The notes under the pieces were generated by a model. It did not search any database. It saw only the letters and a list, made by a program, of their open reading frames with translations, and had not been told where the DNA came from. A stretch of DNA of 64,000 bases, taken from positions 7,008,001 to 7,072,000 of the forward strand of contig NW_024704742.1 in assembly GCF_018977255.1 (NCBI RefSeq), in the 5' to 3' direction. The DNA is from Callorhinchus milii. Its lineage: Eukaryota. The position numbers and the translations under genes were made by a program. Shown piece after piece: positions 35,541-48,950 of the stretch. Position 1 is the stretch's first letter; the number at the start of each line of letters is the position of its first letter.

Positions 35541-36558
35541 CTGTGTGTGTGTGTCTGTGTGGGGGGGGGGGTGTCTGTGTGTGTGTGGGGGGGGGGGTGT
35601 GTGTGGGGGGGGGTGAGTGTCTGTGTGTGGGGGGGGGGGGGGTGTCTGTGTGGGGGGGGGTGAGTGTCTGTGTGGGGGTGAGTGTGGGTGAGTGTCTGTG
35701 TGTGTGTGGGGGGGTGAGTGTCTGTGTGGGGGGGGTGAGTGTCTGTGTGGGGGGGGTGAGTGTCTGTGTGGGGGTGAGTGTCTGTGGGGGGGTGAGTGTC
35801 TGTGTGGGGGGGGTGACTGTCTGTGCGGGGGGGTGAGTGTCTGTGTGTGGGGGGGGTGAGTGTCTGTGTGTGTGTGGGGGGGGGTGAGTGTCTGTGTGGG
35901 GGTGAGTGTCTGTGTGGGGGGGAGTGTCTGTGTGTCTGTGTGGGGGGGAGTGTCTGTGTGTGTGGGGGGGGGGGTGAGTGTCTGTGTGTGTGTGTGGGGG
36001 GAGGGTGAGTGTCTGTGTGTGTGTGTGGGGGGGGTGAGTGTCTGTGTGTGGTGGGGGGGGGGGGTGAGTGTCTGTGTGTGTGGGGGGGGGGTGTCTGTGT
36101 GGGGGGGGGTGAGTGTCTGTGGGGGGGGGGGGGGTTGGGGGGGGGGTGAGTGTCTGTGTGGGGGGTGAGTGTCTGTGTGTGTGTGGGGGGGGTGGGGGGG
36201 GGGTGAGTGTCTGTGTGGGTGGGGGGGTGAGTGTCTGTGTGGTGTGGGGGGGGTGAGTGTCTGTGTTGGGGGGGGGGGTGAGTGTCTGTGTGGGTGTGGT
36301 GTGGTGAGTGTCTGTGTGTGTGGGGGGGGGGGGTGAGTGTCTGTGTGTGTGTGGGGGTGAGTGTCTGTGTGTGTGTGGGGGGGTGAGTGTCTGTGTGTGT
36401 GGGGGTGAGTGTCTGTGTGTGTGGGGGTGAGTGTCTGTGTGTGTGTGTGGGGGGGTGAGTGTCTGTGTGTGTGTGGGGGTGAGTGTCTGTGTGTGTGTGG
36501 GGGTGAGTGTCTGTGTGGGTGAGTGTCTGTGTGGGTGTGTGTGTGTGGGTGTGTGTGT
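35541..36558. repeat. G-rich minisatellite, unit G(n)TGAGTGTCTGT(GT)n, G-quadruplex-prone
   Basis: About 40 tandem units of variable G-run length; ~34 contain GGTGAGT (hand count). Confidence 0.95.
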
Positions 36559-37846
36559 ATATAATAAAGTACAGTCTGGTTGAATCCCACATGGTGCAGC
36601 GTTTTATAGTCGGGAGGTCTGGACTGCGATCTCTAATCGTTACGAGGACGTGTTAGTCAAAGTGACAGTGAGAGATCTCGCATTGCAATGACTTTAGGAT
36701 GGACAGAGAGAGAGAGAGAAAGAAAGAGAGAGAGAGATGCATGTGTATCAGTGTGTGCACGTCTGCTCCCACATCTCTTTTTCTCTTCTTTTTTCTTTCA
36801 ATACAACTTAAGTGTCAGTCCTCTCAGACGAAGGTGGTAGGTCGGGGGGGCTGATGGTGTAAGTTTCTAGGGGTCTTTATTAACTTCTTCCAAGTCTTTT
36901 AAACTTCTTCCTCTGCTTGTTTGGGAGGTTAGTCTGCTGGAATTCTACAAGAAACGGTGTGACCCAAAGTTTTCTTTTCTTTTTTCTTTTTATTACCCCA
37001 AGAAAATGCACCTTTCCTAAAACAAGTGTGTGTGTGTGTGTGCGTGTGCGCGTGTCTGGGAGTTGGGGGTGGAATGGGATGTATTTTACGCGGCTGAGTT
37101 TAAAAGCTGCCGGTGGTTGGAGCGAAAGCGATTCGGTCGTTATAACGGCGACGGGAGGGAGCGGCTGCAGGTTTTGCAGAGAATAAAGACGACGACGTGT
37201 GAAATCGTGGTCACTAAAAGCCTGTTTTAATAAGCGCGAAAACAAAAGACGAGAGAGAGAGAGAGAGAGAGAGAGTGAGAAATCCCCTCAAAAGTAGCTG
37301 CATTTCTTCTCCAGTAAAGGAACGCTCGGTAAAGAGACCCAAACAAAACCACAGAGCGAGAGTGAGAGAGAGTTAACTGCGTCTTGCACGGGTTAAGAGA
37401 GCCCTCTAGTGCTGCGTTCAATGTACAACCGGTGCAGGTCCTGCAGCAGCAATAAACCCTCTTAAGTTTGACAAAAGACGCCTTCTCTTTTTGAGTCCCG
37501 TCACAGGATTGTACCCGTGAAGTCTTGAGCGACTGCGCATTTCGCAGTGTTCCCCTTGCAAACAACTAAAGAAGAAAGAGGGAAACCAGGATGAAAGTTT
37601 GCCGAGAGATACCAGCAGAAGAACCCCATCCCCACCCCCCCCCCCCCACCCCCGAAAAAGAAAATCAACCCCCACCCACCCCCCAATTGTCAGCTCAAAC
37701 GATGATTATCCTTCTCGGTTTTTGGCCAGCGGAGTGTCGGACACTCGCGTGAACCCGTCACCGCGCTTAAGGGTATCCAAACCAGGCTGAGGTTTCCAGG
37801 CATCCCACCTCACACGTGGAAATCCCAGGGATAGGTTGTTGGAATG

Positions 37847-37891
<45 letters not shown>

Positions 37892-40439
37892 CCCTGGATC
37901 GCAGGGCACTGCACGTGTTAACCGGTGTCCGTTCCAGCCGCACCTTTCCAATACCACGGGAGGGAGGCACGTCTGTGCCTCATTTCTCAGCGCTACCTTG
38001 GTGGTGGAGCTCCTGAGTTTCGGTGTCAGGAGCTGACATGTCATTGTCTCCTTTCTGGATCAAGTACACTTTAAGTGTCCAGGAAGATTGGAAGCGGACA
38101 GCTAAATAAGCAGAATACCTAATATTTTTGTTCAGTTCCATGGTTGTCCAAACGTTACATGGTAAACTGTTGACATAACTGATTGATTGCTTTGAAAGTA
38201 ACCACCAATGAATGTTCCAGCATATTTTTTTGCTAGGTAGAGGACACAGACCACACATTGATCTCTGCCCCTTTCCTTCATTCTAGCTGTCTGTGTCAGG
38301 CGCACAGCTGTCATAATATACATAAGTCAAGCTATCATTACAGACAAATTGCGTAAAATTAAGAGTTAAGTCTATTGTCAAAATCCAGGCTATGGTTCCA
38401 GATTCAGTTACTGTTTAATAATACTTGCGTTTGATAAAGCATCTTATCACATTGCTCAAACGTCTCAACGTGCTTCACAGGATTTACTATAGATTGTAAT
38501 AACTGTATTTGCCAGTTTGAGGACAGCGATGTCTCACAAACATCCATCAAGTGAACGGTCGATTCTGTCTGGAGGATTGGTGGTCAGGACATTAGGAGAA
38601 TCTCCCTTCTTTGCCTTCTTTATGCGACTTACACTGCATACTTTAATATTTTTCCGAAAGAACAAATTACTGGACAATTACCACCAGCAAATTTTCGAAT
38701 TCCAATGTGGTCCTTCGTGGTTGACGTTGAACTTGCGTGAAGTTAGTGTACCCATTTATTTCGCTGTTTGTTGGAGGAAATAACGCTGTACATACTATAA
38801 TAATTGCTTAATTGCAGTGTCTGTCAAACTGACTATTATTAAATAATATAATATGTGATCTCCCTTATCTGCAAATAATTCAACTCCTAAGATTCCGAAT
38901 TATTTATCTTACTTGGAGTAATTGCTGTTCAGATGCATTGCGCTGTCAGAGACCTAACCTGCACATGAGATTTTAACCCTTGGCTCTGACTCCTGTGAAA
39001 GATTATGGCACTATTAGAAAAACAGGAGGGTATTTCTCCCAATGTCCTGATCAACAATTGCCCAGATAAAATTGGTAATTCACGTCATAGCTGTTTGTCA
39101 GACCTTGTGTGTATATGTTTGCCAATAAATACAGTCATTACACTTTACAGTAAAACTCCTGTGAAGTGTTGAGATGTTTTCTGTCTATATCAAATGCTAC
39201 AGTTACTGTTGTTACTGCTGATATTAAGTTGGTTGCAATGTTTTAAAAGGACATTTTAAATATTCAGTGCATAATGTAAGAAAATATCAACATAGGATTG
39301 AGAATAGCTCATTCAACTTATTCAATTGCCCGGTTCCTGTTTCATGACTGTGTTTCATTGTTTGCAAAATAATGTAGTTGTTTGGACTCACTATTGGTCA
39401 GCAATTGATTGATCCAATTCGTTTATGAATGGCTTAATGGTGTTAATATTTACTCCTCAGGTGACTGTCAATGACTGGAAGTGTGAAGACAGTAGTTATT
39501 GTTAAATATCTCAGTTTATTGTATTTCTAGGAGGGGAAGTTGCTGCCTGTCAACTGTTGTGCACTTAATGGAGGAACTGTTTGTGAAAGGCTTCTGAACA
39601 CACAGCAATGTTGTGCTTTCCAAATAACAACAATGCTATTTATACATCACTTTTGGTTATTCAAGTAATCTAATCAGAATTCCACCACAATGCAACTTTA
39701 ACAATGTGTGTGAGTATATATAATATATATATATATATATAAACATCAGGAGGACATCTCAAAAGAGATTCACGCAAATGAATGGGCTGGAAACTCAAAC
39801 CGTTGGCCGGGGTTGGGGGGGAGGCTAGGAGGGGAAAGGTTTAGCTCCTTTAATTAGATTGTTTAAATACTAGTTCATCACCTTTTGGCTCTCGGTTCCT
39901 GCAGTTTACCATTTGTTCTGTACTCCAGACGCTTTAATGGGAAACTTGAATGTGAACCAATTTTGTGATCCTGCGAACTGCAGTACCTGCTATTCAAGGA
40001 GCCCTCCAGTGAGAATTCTGGAGAAAGAACATAGCCAACTGTGAGCAAAGGATTCTCTGCACTTAACAAAGTGTATTGCCATGTCCTCAATCACACCACC
40101 AGCAGTTACCAATCACCAGAAGCCACAGATTCAGGAAGTTGAAACTCAGTTCAGGAATCTGTCCCTGAGGTCTGAGACCATTTTCCTGATCTCTAACCCT
40201 CAAACATACATTACCTGGTGCCCTACTTACAGCGGTGAATCTGTCATGCTGATTAAAGCCTTGCTCCCCCTTACCTCGGTGACCTCCTACCAACCTGACC
40301 GCCAGGTCCGCTCAGCGGGCTCCGGCCTGCTGCAGAACTCAAGGATGTCGCAGAGGAATGTTGCGACACTATTTCGTATCACGACCAGCGTGGTTGCAAA
40401 ACAGCTGTGCAGATTCAAGGTAAATAAATCTCGGGCAGG

Positions 40440-42240
40440 ATAAATTGCATTCGAGGATCCTTAAGGAACTAAGGGAGGAAGTTGCAGAAATGCGGGCATA
40501 AATCTTTCAAAAATCACTGAATACTGGAGAGGTGCCGGGAGACTGGAAAGGCAGATGTTACTCCTATTTTTAAGAAAGGTAACAAAAGTAACCCAGGAAA
40601 CTACAGACCAGTAAGTTGGACGTCTATTGTGGGTAAAATTATGGAGACTTAATAAGGATAAAATCATGGAGCATCTGGACAGAAATAAAATTATAAATGA
40701 TAGCCAATATGGGTTCATGAAGGGAAGGTCTTGCCAATCTAATTTACTGGGCTTTTTTGATGGTTTGATAAGGGAGCCTGATAAGTGTAAGTCTGAATGT
40801 TATATACCTGCATTTCAGTAAGGCCTTTGATAGAGTTAATAATCCTTGCATTTGATATAGCGCTTTTCATGTCAGGAGGACATCCCAAAGCGCTTCACAG
40901 AACACACTGTAAAATGAATTGACTGTATATTTGTGGGCGAACGCGGCAGCCAATTGCGCACAGCAATGTCCCACAAACAGTCGTAGAATGAAAATGACCA
41001 ATTTATTATTGTTTTTGGTTTTGGAGGGATTATTATTAGGCTCTGTGTGGAGTAAGGAAACTTGCCCAAGGTTTCGCCCTGACCTGCCTGGAATTGAACT
41101 CAGGTCTCACTGCCCTCTCAAGAGTTCCTCTTGAGAGGGCAGTACTGAAAGTAAAGAAAGCGGGAATCAGTGGAGGTATATTACAATGGATACGCAACTG
41201 ATTGACCGGAAGAACCCAAGAGGGTGGTGGTACAGGGAAGGTGATCAGACTGGGAAAATCTTACCAGTAGAGTTCCACAAGAGTTTGATTTGGGAGATCT
41301 TCTGATTAATATTTTTATAAATGATCTGGAACTAGAAGTCACAAGCACAGTGGCTAAGTTTGCAGATGAAACCAAGCTAATGAAGGTGGTAGACTGTGAA
41401 GCTGAACAAGATAGGTTACAGGAAGATTTGAGCATACTTGGGAATTGGGCAGGTGAAATTCAATGTGGAGAAATGTAAACTATTTCACATGGGGACAAAA
41501 AATCCTGGAAGGGACTATTTGAACCGAAGGAAAATAATATGTATGGAAAATGAAAATGATTGACAATAAATTGAAGCTCTCCCAACTATGCTCTGTGGCA
41601 ATGAGTAAAACAAACCAGATGTTGGAATGTATCAAAAGATCAATAGCAAGCCGAAACAGTGGGATAATCCTGTCACTGTATAAATCATTGGTGAGACCAT
41701 ACTTAGTGTACTTGATACAGTTCTGGTCGCTGCATTACAAAAAGGATATTGGAGAAATTGAGAAGGTACAGAGGAGGGCTACCAAAATGATTGAGGGAAT
41801 GGGAGGACTGGATGATGAGGAGCGACCAAGTAAATTGTGGCATGTTCACACTGGAAAAGGAGACGATTGAGAGGCGACATGATTGCTGTCTTTAAGATTC
41901 TAAAGTGGTTAGACAATAAAGATCATGACGGGCTGTTTCAACTTGTCCAGAATAGTAAAACCAGAGGACACGGCCTGCGATTGAAGGGGGGTACAGTCAA
42001 AACGAATCTACGCAAACTATTTCACTGAGTGAATAGTGAACCTGTGAAACAGCCTCCCTTTGGAGACAGTTGAAGCAGAAAGTGTTGATCCTTTCAAACA
42101 CAGATTAGATAGTTTCCTTTTAGGAAATAATATCATGGGGTATACTACATAGGTAGTTCGGGACATATATTCATGCGACCGCCAGGAAGATGGAAGGCGA
42201 ACTCGATGGACCTTGGTCTTCCAGTGTCCAGCATTTCTTA
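40440..42240 (+). mobile_element. CR1 LINE, 5'-truncated and degenerate, interrupted by a SINE
   Basis: Remnant motifs GNYRPVS, SQYGFMKGRSC, IFINDL, KFADETKL, LYKSLVRP, EKVQRRATKMI, RRLRGDMI, TRGH. Confidence 0.92.
40838..41108 (-). mobile_element. tRNA-SINE subfamily B inserted in CR1, 5'-truncated, TSD AGAGTT
   Basis: AGAGTT at 40832-40837 and 41121-41126; CR1 reading (AFDRVP..) resumes across the insertion. Confidence 0.9.
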
Positions 42241-43621
42241 TGAACTTCTATAGATACACAAACTGAGAAGAGGTACATGCATATTACAAGGGAAATCTAA
42301 CAAAACATTGGGGCACATTGAGCAGCACTGCTTCATGGAAGTCAATAAAAGTAATAAATCACCACTTTAGCCCTTTTTCCCTGTGCAAACCATACATAAC
42401 TAGGCAGAGATGCAGTTACAGCAAATAAAAATCATTAAATGCTAGCAAAACAACAAGAGAACATTAAATAATTTTGTTACTTTATTTTTATGCTAGTATT
42501 AGTAAAATGTGTAGCATTTCATAAAGTTGCAGGATTGGTATGACAGCTGAATATATCCAAGTTGGTGTCAAATAAGTTAATACTGTTATCCATTTCTCAC
42601 CCGGATAACTACAACTAGTGCCATTCAGATCTTGCACATCATTTATATATTCATATCAAGTGTGACATGAATAAAATATTGAACTAATTCTATTTAATAC
42701 AACCATCTTACAAAATTGTAGCTGTTTGTTGCCCTGTTTAGAAACCATAACTGATGACAAGGTTGTTTGCTGCTCATAGAATTATATATTTAAAGTCAAT
42801 AAACCATTTGAAAAATTACTGTTTCCTGAAAATTAACCTATTCTCTTCCCCCCCTCCCCCCCAAACACACACACTCACACACAATTTTTTTCAGAATTGA
42901 ATGGTAATTCAAAAATAGGAACACATTTAGAAAGGATAACATTTAGTATTTTTTGCATAAATTATTACCCACTTTTTTTCTGTGTTTATCATGATTTTTT
43001 TCTCAGACGTTCTTGGAAGGGCACTCAGTACAGAAAACATGGCAGAGCTCGGTCTTTTGGCCAAGGGGGAATTAGATACTGAACAGAGAGGTTTTGCAAT
43101 GGGAATACACAATGTTCCAACTTAGCCTCAGTTTGCTTGAAATAATTCAAATAACATTCTCAGTTAAACTGTGACTCTTGAATTTCCTAATATACTTTAC
43201 GGTTGGTCCCTTGCAATATATTTAGCTGTTCTCTACAGCAACTTACAGTGTGTGTTGCAACAACAGCTGAGCTAATAAAGGTTGAAGCTGGAATTAGTAG
43301 GTAGTAGCGTTTGGGAAATTGTTGTCATATACCATTGAAGTTAGACTGGAACAAATGTTATGGCCAGTGAAGAAAGTTTTAAACAAATGAGTGCAATATG
43401 ACAGTGTTTCATAGCATTGCAGTACATACATTTAATATACATAGATCATATGGTGATGGTACCATAATAAGTATGTTAATAAGTATCAACATACTCCGTT
43501 GATCCACATTTATGTTAACAGTCCAGTACAGCTGTTGTATCCTATTTCAACAGATTGAGTTCTACTCATTCTATTCTCGTCAGGATTTTGAACTCATGGT
43601 GTCAGCTGAAACTCCAATACA

Positions 43622-44135
43622 GTAATAATAATAATAATAATAATCCTTGCATTTGATTTGGTGCCTTATCACTTCTTCGAGACATCTCAAAGCGCATCAC
43701 AGAATATACTGGAAAGTGAATTGACTGAATATTTTGAGGACAAAAGTACTGCGTTACAAAAGTAAGCACTGCATTTAATACTGTACTCAAGTGGAGTCCT
43801 GTAGCTTAGTGGTTAGAGTACTCACCTCCCAAGTGAGTGACTTGGGTTCGATTCCCGGCAGGACAAAATGTTGGGAAAGTTTCCTTGCTCCACATGCCTC
43901 TGTTTACCTAGTAGTAAGTAGGAACCTGGTTATTAGTAGATTGGCAAGATCGCTTTTCCGGGGGTAATAATCCCTTCAAAAAAAAATTTTTGGTCATTCA
44001 ACCTGTTTGTGGGTCACTGCTGTGCGCAATTGACTGCCACGTTCACCCACAAGATATGCATTCAGCAAATCCTATGTAACTTATGTGGACGTGCCCTGCC
44101 AACATGAAAGGCACTGTATCAAAAGCAAAGATCAT
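43622..44135. mobile_element. SINE tail (minus, 43622-43750) and subfamily A SINE (plus, 43793-44135)
   Basis: Family motifs on opposite strands. Confidence 0.85.
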
Positions 44136-44684
44136 CATTTAAAAAAAATTAACCACCAAAAAACATTTTAATCACCGACAGACATCCTTTGTAAGCTTCT
44201 CATCAATTTCGCAAAATTCAAACACTTTTGTGACGCAGGTGAAAAACATTGATCCAAAATGTATTTTTGATTTTAATGCGAGAAGGGAGATATGGGAATG
44301 AATTCCACCCAGATCTAGATTTATTCTTATTTACCTAGCATTTCAGATAATTTGGCAACTTGTTGAATTCAGTCTTAACTTTGAAGTTTGTTTCCTGTAG
44401 TTTTTAAAAGATTACAGATCACCAGCTTCAAAATTAAGGCTGGTTTATACAAATGTAATTTTGTTGTGGTTGTATATAAGATTTTATCGAATTCTGGATT
44501 CTCAAAAAAAGCTAAATAAATAGTCAATCCAGATCGAGATGGATCAGATGGGCTGAAGGGCATTCTTCATCCAATCAAATCCTATGACAAGTACAGAAAT
44601 AATAAGCTCCTGGGCCATTTTCAAGTCAGAAGATGAAAATAAAATAGTAAACGTACTGATTCATGATTAAAATCCTACCCAAGC

Positions 44685-45050
44685 AGAGTTCCATGTATTC
44701 CACCTCCGCATAGAAATTCCCGAGATATTTACTGGAATGGAAAGCGCGCACTCTCCCTGGGCGGACTCATCCGGCCTACTTAATTCCAAAGAGTACTTAT
44801 GCGCAGGCTGGCAAGAGCCAAGCCTCGAGGATCCCAAAGCGTGTGTTAGGGGCTGGAGTCTTCCTAGTTAAAACAGCGTAACTTGCCATTTAGAGCAAGC
44901 TTTCCCTGCGTGTCCTGCTAGGACACCATATACCCATTAGGGATTTGGCTTTCAGTGTTATCAGGAGCTGAGTAGGAAGAAACTGGTGACTGGTCTGCCC
45001 TTCCAAGTCCGACTGCTGAGCCAGGCTGGCTGTGCTGTCATCAGCAGTGC
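44685..45050 (+). mobile_element. Unclassified interspersed repeat (other copies ~5846-6135 minus, ~59970-60330, ~61030-61175)
   Basis: Shared core CTCTCCCTGG...TACTTAATTC...GCAGG(C/T)TGGCAAGAG.CAAG...GGATCCCAAAG. Confidence 0.7.
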
Positions 45051-47179
45051 CCTGCACTATTACCAAAATCGCCACAGAGAGTTAGCTCAATTCTGATATT
45101 CTGTTTCGCTCTGTCGGGAATCGATTCCAGGTCTCTCGCTTACGAGGCGAGTGCTCTAACCCCTGAGCTACAGGACTCCAATTGGTAATTGTTAAAAGCA
45201 TCAAATAGATTCTCCCATGACCTGTAATGCTGGTCAAGCTCAAGAAGGACATGCAGTAAGGAGTTAGGCATTGGCTTAAATACTATAAAGAGGAGAAATC
45301 TGTGGAGAGGTTAAAGTCTTCATGTGTAACATTAGCTCAATCTCATTCAGACATGGTTTTGCCTTTATTTTACTTCTTTAAAAGCCCTCATGGGTCCTCT
45401 TGTCACCTTCCCACCTCAGTCACAGTGTAATTGCTGCAATGTCTCTCTCAGCTCCACTCTCTGGACTGGATCCAGGATTTTTGCAGCATAGAAAAGTCAT
45501 GGCGCATTAACGTGGTCAGATCTGATTTACCTTATAACCTCACGTTGTGGCTCTGCCGTGCTCTCAAGTGAGTCTCAGATGGTACTTAAAGAAATAAAGT
45601 GCTGAGGATCTTGTAATTACTTAGGTCTGGTACCTAATGCAGAAGTAGCACTGTTTATATTGGCTTTGGTCAACACATTTAATACGTCAGTGATCTGGAG
45701 CTTGGTATCAAGAGGAAGCATAACACATTCCTAATGTCATCTTCAGTTATTCAGAGCCTAAGACAACAGAAAAAGTATGTCTTATTTATATATTCACTTT
45801 TCCTGTGCCATTTGACAGTTCCGAAACATTTATGTCATAAAAGAGGAAATGATTTAAATGTGTAAAAAATAAATTTTTAACCATTACTCTCAATTTTCTT
45901 GATTTCTAAGTGTATTTCACCTTGGAAAGTGTTGCACGTTTCTAAATGATTCTCCGATGCAGCATTGCTGCATGCTGGTTTGAAACACGAGGGGATATTG
46001 GATGCATGCGAGAGGACGAGAGCTCAGAAGGAATCGCAGCAGGGAACGTTTTGCTTCTCATTGTTTTCACATTTCACGCCCCAGAAAGGCCCTCACCAAA
46101 AGGATAGTGTGGAGTGAGAAACAAGCGTAGCTGCAACCACTCTCAAAAATCCCACTTCACTTGCGACAATAGGATTATTTCTCATCATAGCCTGTGGGAG
46201 ATCGGTGAATGCCGTTTTGCTTCAATGAGATGTTTCTCCCAAATAACCCACTAAGAATTCATCACACGAGAATATTAATGGAACATATGTTTGAGGGAAT
46301 AGCGCTCTAATTGTCAATTAGAATGCAAGGTTGTTCCACGATCAAGTGGCACTGTATGTTCCCTCCACTTGAGTCACCTTGCCTGGTCCCAATTTCCCAC
46401 TTGCTCGCTCACTATCAGGATGTAGGGTTTTATTTATGACTTATTTATGTACTTATTTATTTATTTTAAAAATTTAAGAATCTGGGTCTGTTTTCCGTAG
46501 AAAAGACACGCTGAGAGGAGATCGGGTAGAAGACGTTAAAATTAGGAGGGATGTTGGTTGCGTAACTGGAGAGAAGTTATTTCCATGGTCAGTGAGTCAG
46601 TGACATGAGGCGAGAGTTAATGTGTTTACCAAATGAGCAAAAGGAGAGGTTAAGAGAGATTTGTTTTACACACACACACAAACACACTAGGTAGGGTATG
46701 AATGTCCCACTGACAACCGTGTTTTTTTTCCCTATAATAAAAAAGGAATTAATTCTATCATTGTGCATTAATTGGCTTCAGCCGCACTAGGCTAGGGAGA
46801 GGAAAAGTTATCCAAGGGTTTCAACTAACCTATTGATTTATATTATTAAAAAAATAATTTACATTATTTCAAGAGCCCTAACATGTCTAATCATTGCTCA
46901 AAGCTCATTCTTCTAACATCGGGGATCATCCATGTTGCATTTCTCTGCGCTGCCTCTAAGGCCGGGATGCCCCCCTTATGTTGCAGTGATCAGAACTGTA
47001 TGCAGTATTCATACAAAATTCATCTTTTATGCATTATTTTAGGATCTTTGTCTGATTTCACAACAATACTGATTCCCAGGGCACCAAAGCAGTGCTCAGC
47101 ACCACTCACCTCTGAATCAGGTTGTGGGTTCAGAACTCCATGTTGAAACTTAGACCAACATCCTATAGATGCATTCAAG

Positions 47180-48455
47180 AGGAACAACAACAACAATATA
47201 ATTACATTTGTATAGAGCCTTTCACATTGGAAGGATGTCCCAATGTGCTGGACAGTCAAAATTTCAGACACAAGCTGAGGGTCGGGATTGGGGAGGGTGA
47301 AGGGCAGGAGGGAAGCACGGTGATCAAAAGCAGTCGAAGAGGAGGGTCTTGGCATGTGTCTTGAAGGAAGCAAGGGAGGGGACAAGGCAGAGGGACTGCG
47401 CAATGGAGTTCCAGAAGATGGGGGCAGAGTGGCAGAAGGCCTGCTCACCAATGGTGGGGCGGGCGAGGTGGGGGACATGAAGCAGGCCAGAGCTCGCTGA
47501 GCGGAGGGAGCGAGCAGGATGATAGGGGGTTAGGAGGTCACATACTTACGGGGGAGCAAGACCATGGAGGGCTTTGAAGGTGAGGACCAGGATCTTGAAA
47601 TGTTTGCTCCGTGTGATGGGAAGCCAGTGGAGTCGGCGAGGATGGGGATGATAGGATCATGGAACCTGGTACAGGAGAGGACACGGGCTGCAGAGTTGTG
47701 GATGATCTGCAGCTTATGGAGGGAGCAGTTGAGGAGGACGACAACCAAGGAGTTTGCATAGTCAAGCCTTGATGTAATGAATGCATGAATGAGGGTTTCG
47801 GTGGCCTGCGTTATGAGACAGTGGCGGAGCCGAGCGATGTTGCGGAAGTGGGGGAAGGCAGAGCGGGTCATGCTCAGATGTGGCAAAGAAAGGATAGTTG
47901 AGGGTCAAACAAGACCCCAAGGTTCTGGACTGGCTTAGTATGGTGGAGTGTGCAACCATGGATGGTGATGCTGTCAGCGCCTGAGGTGTGTAAGCACTGA
48001 CCGGAGCCAATCAGGAGAGCCTCGGTCTTGTTGACGTTCAACTGAAGAAAGTTAGCTCTCATCCGGGACTTGATGTCTGACAGACATTCTGTCAACACAG
48101 CAGTGGTCCTGGAGTCAAGAGTGGAGGCAGAGAGGTACAGTTGGGTGTCATCCACATACATGTGGAAGTTGACCCCATGTCTGCGGATGATGTCACCAAG
48201 AAGGAGCATATAGATATTGAAGAGGAGGGGACCAAGGACAGGGGGCTAGAGGGGAAACCGTTTGTGGAGATGAAGTGGAGGCAGTGTGAGAGGTATTAAC
48301 CTTACCAGTCAAGGACAGAGCCGTGAAGGTTGAGGTGAGAGGAGAGGCGTTGGATGAGGATAGAGTGGTCAACGGTGTTGAAGGCAACAGAGAGATCAAG
48401 GAGGACGAGGAGGCAGAGGGAGATCTGGTCACAGATGGACAGAATGTCATTTGTC
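47180..48455 (-). mobile_element. L2 LINE, 5'-truncated
   Basis: Remnant motifs LLDLSVAFNTVDHSILIQRL, GVNFHMYVDDTQLYLS, NFLQLNVNKTE, AFITSRLDYANSL; L2 tail at ~47180-47255. Confidence 0.92.
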
Positions 48456-48629
48456 ACTTTGTATTGTTTCTGTGCTGTGGGAATGCATCTTATTGATACA
48501 TTCAAGAGCAAGTTAGACCTTCACATGAGCGAGAGGGGAATAGAAGGAGTTGGGAGGGAGTAAGGAATGGGTATGGATTGGTTGGACTGAATGGTATGAT
48601 TCCATTTCCAATTCTTTGACATTTCAATG

Positions 48630-48950
48630 CAGTTCTGGGGGTGCATTGTATTGTCAGAGGTGTTGTCCTTAGGATGAGATGTTAAACTGAAGTTCTCTTT
48701 CCTTTTCAGGTGGATGTTAAAGATCCCTAAGACACTATTGCAAAAGAAGGAAGTTTCTCACTGTGCCCTGGCTGACAATTCCACCCCCACACAAAAAAAA
48801 TGTGATCATTCACCTCTTGGCTGTTTTGGGACATTGATGTGTGCAAATGCTGTGTTCATCCACAAGTACAATGTTACAAAACTAACATTAAATACAGATC
48901 ACTTTGAGATGTTTCAGTGCATTGAGGCTCTATATTAAATGTAAAGATTA
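48630..48950 (+). mobile_element. LF-SINE-like relic
   Basis: GGATGAGATGTTAAAC..CAGGTGGATGTTAAAGATCCC..CACTATT motifs. Confidence 0.65.

Noticed and set aside
35541..36558. CRISPR-like or telomeric array
   Set aside because: No unique spacers, no cas genes, eukaryotic context; the unit is not TTAGGG.
34955..36592. ORFs of 391, 365 and ~100 aa rich in T/H/P or V/C/G
   Set aside because: Translations of minisatellites.
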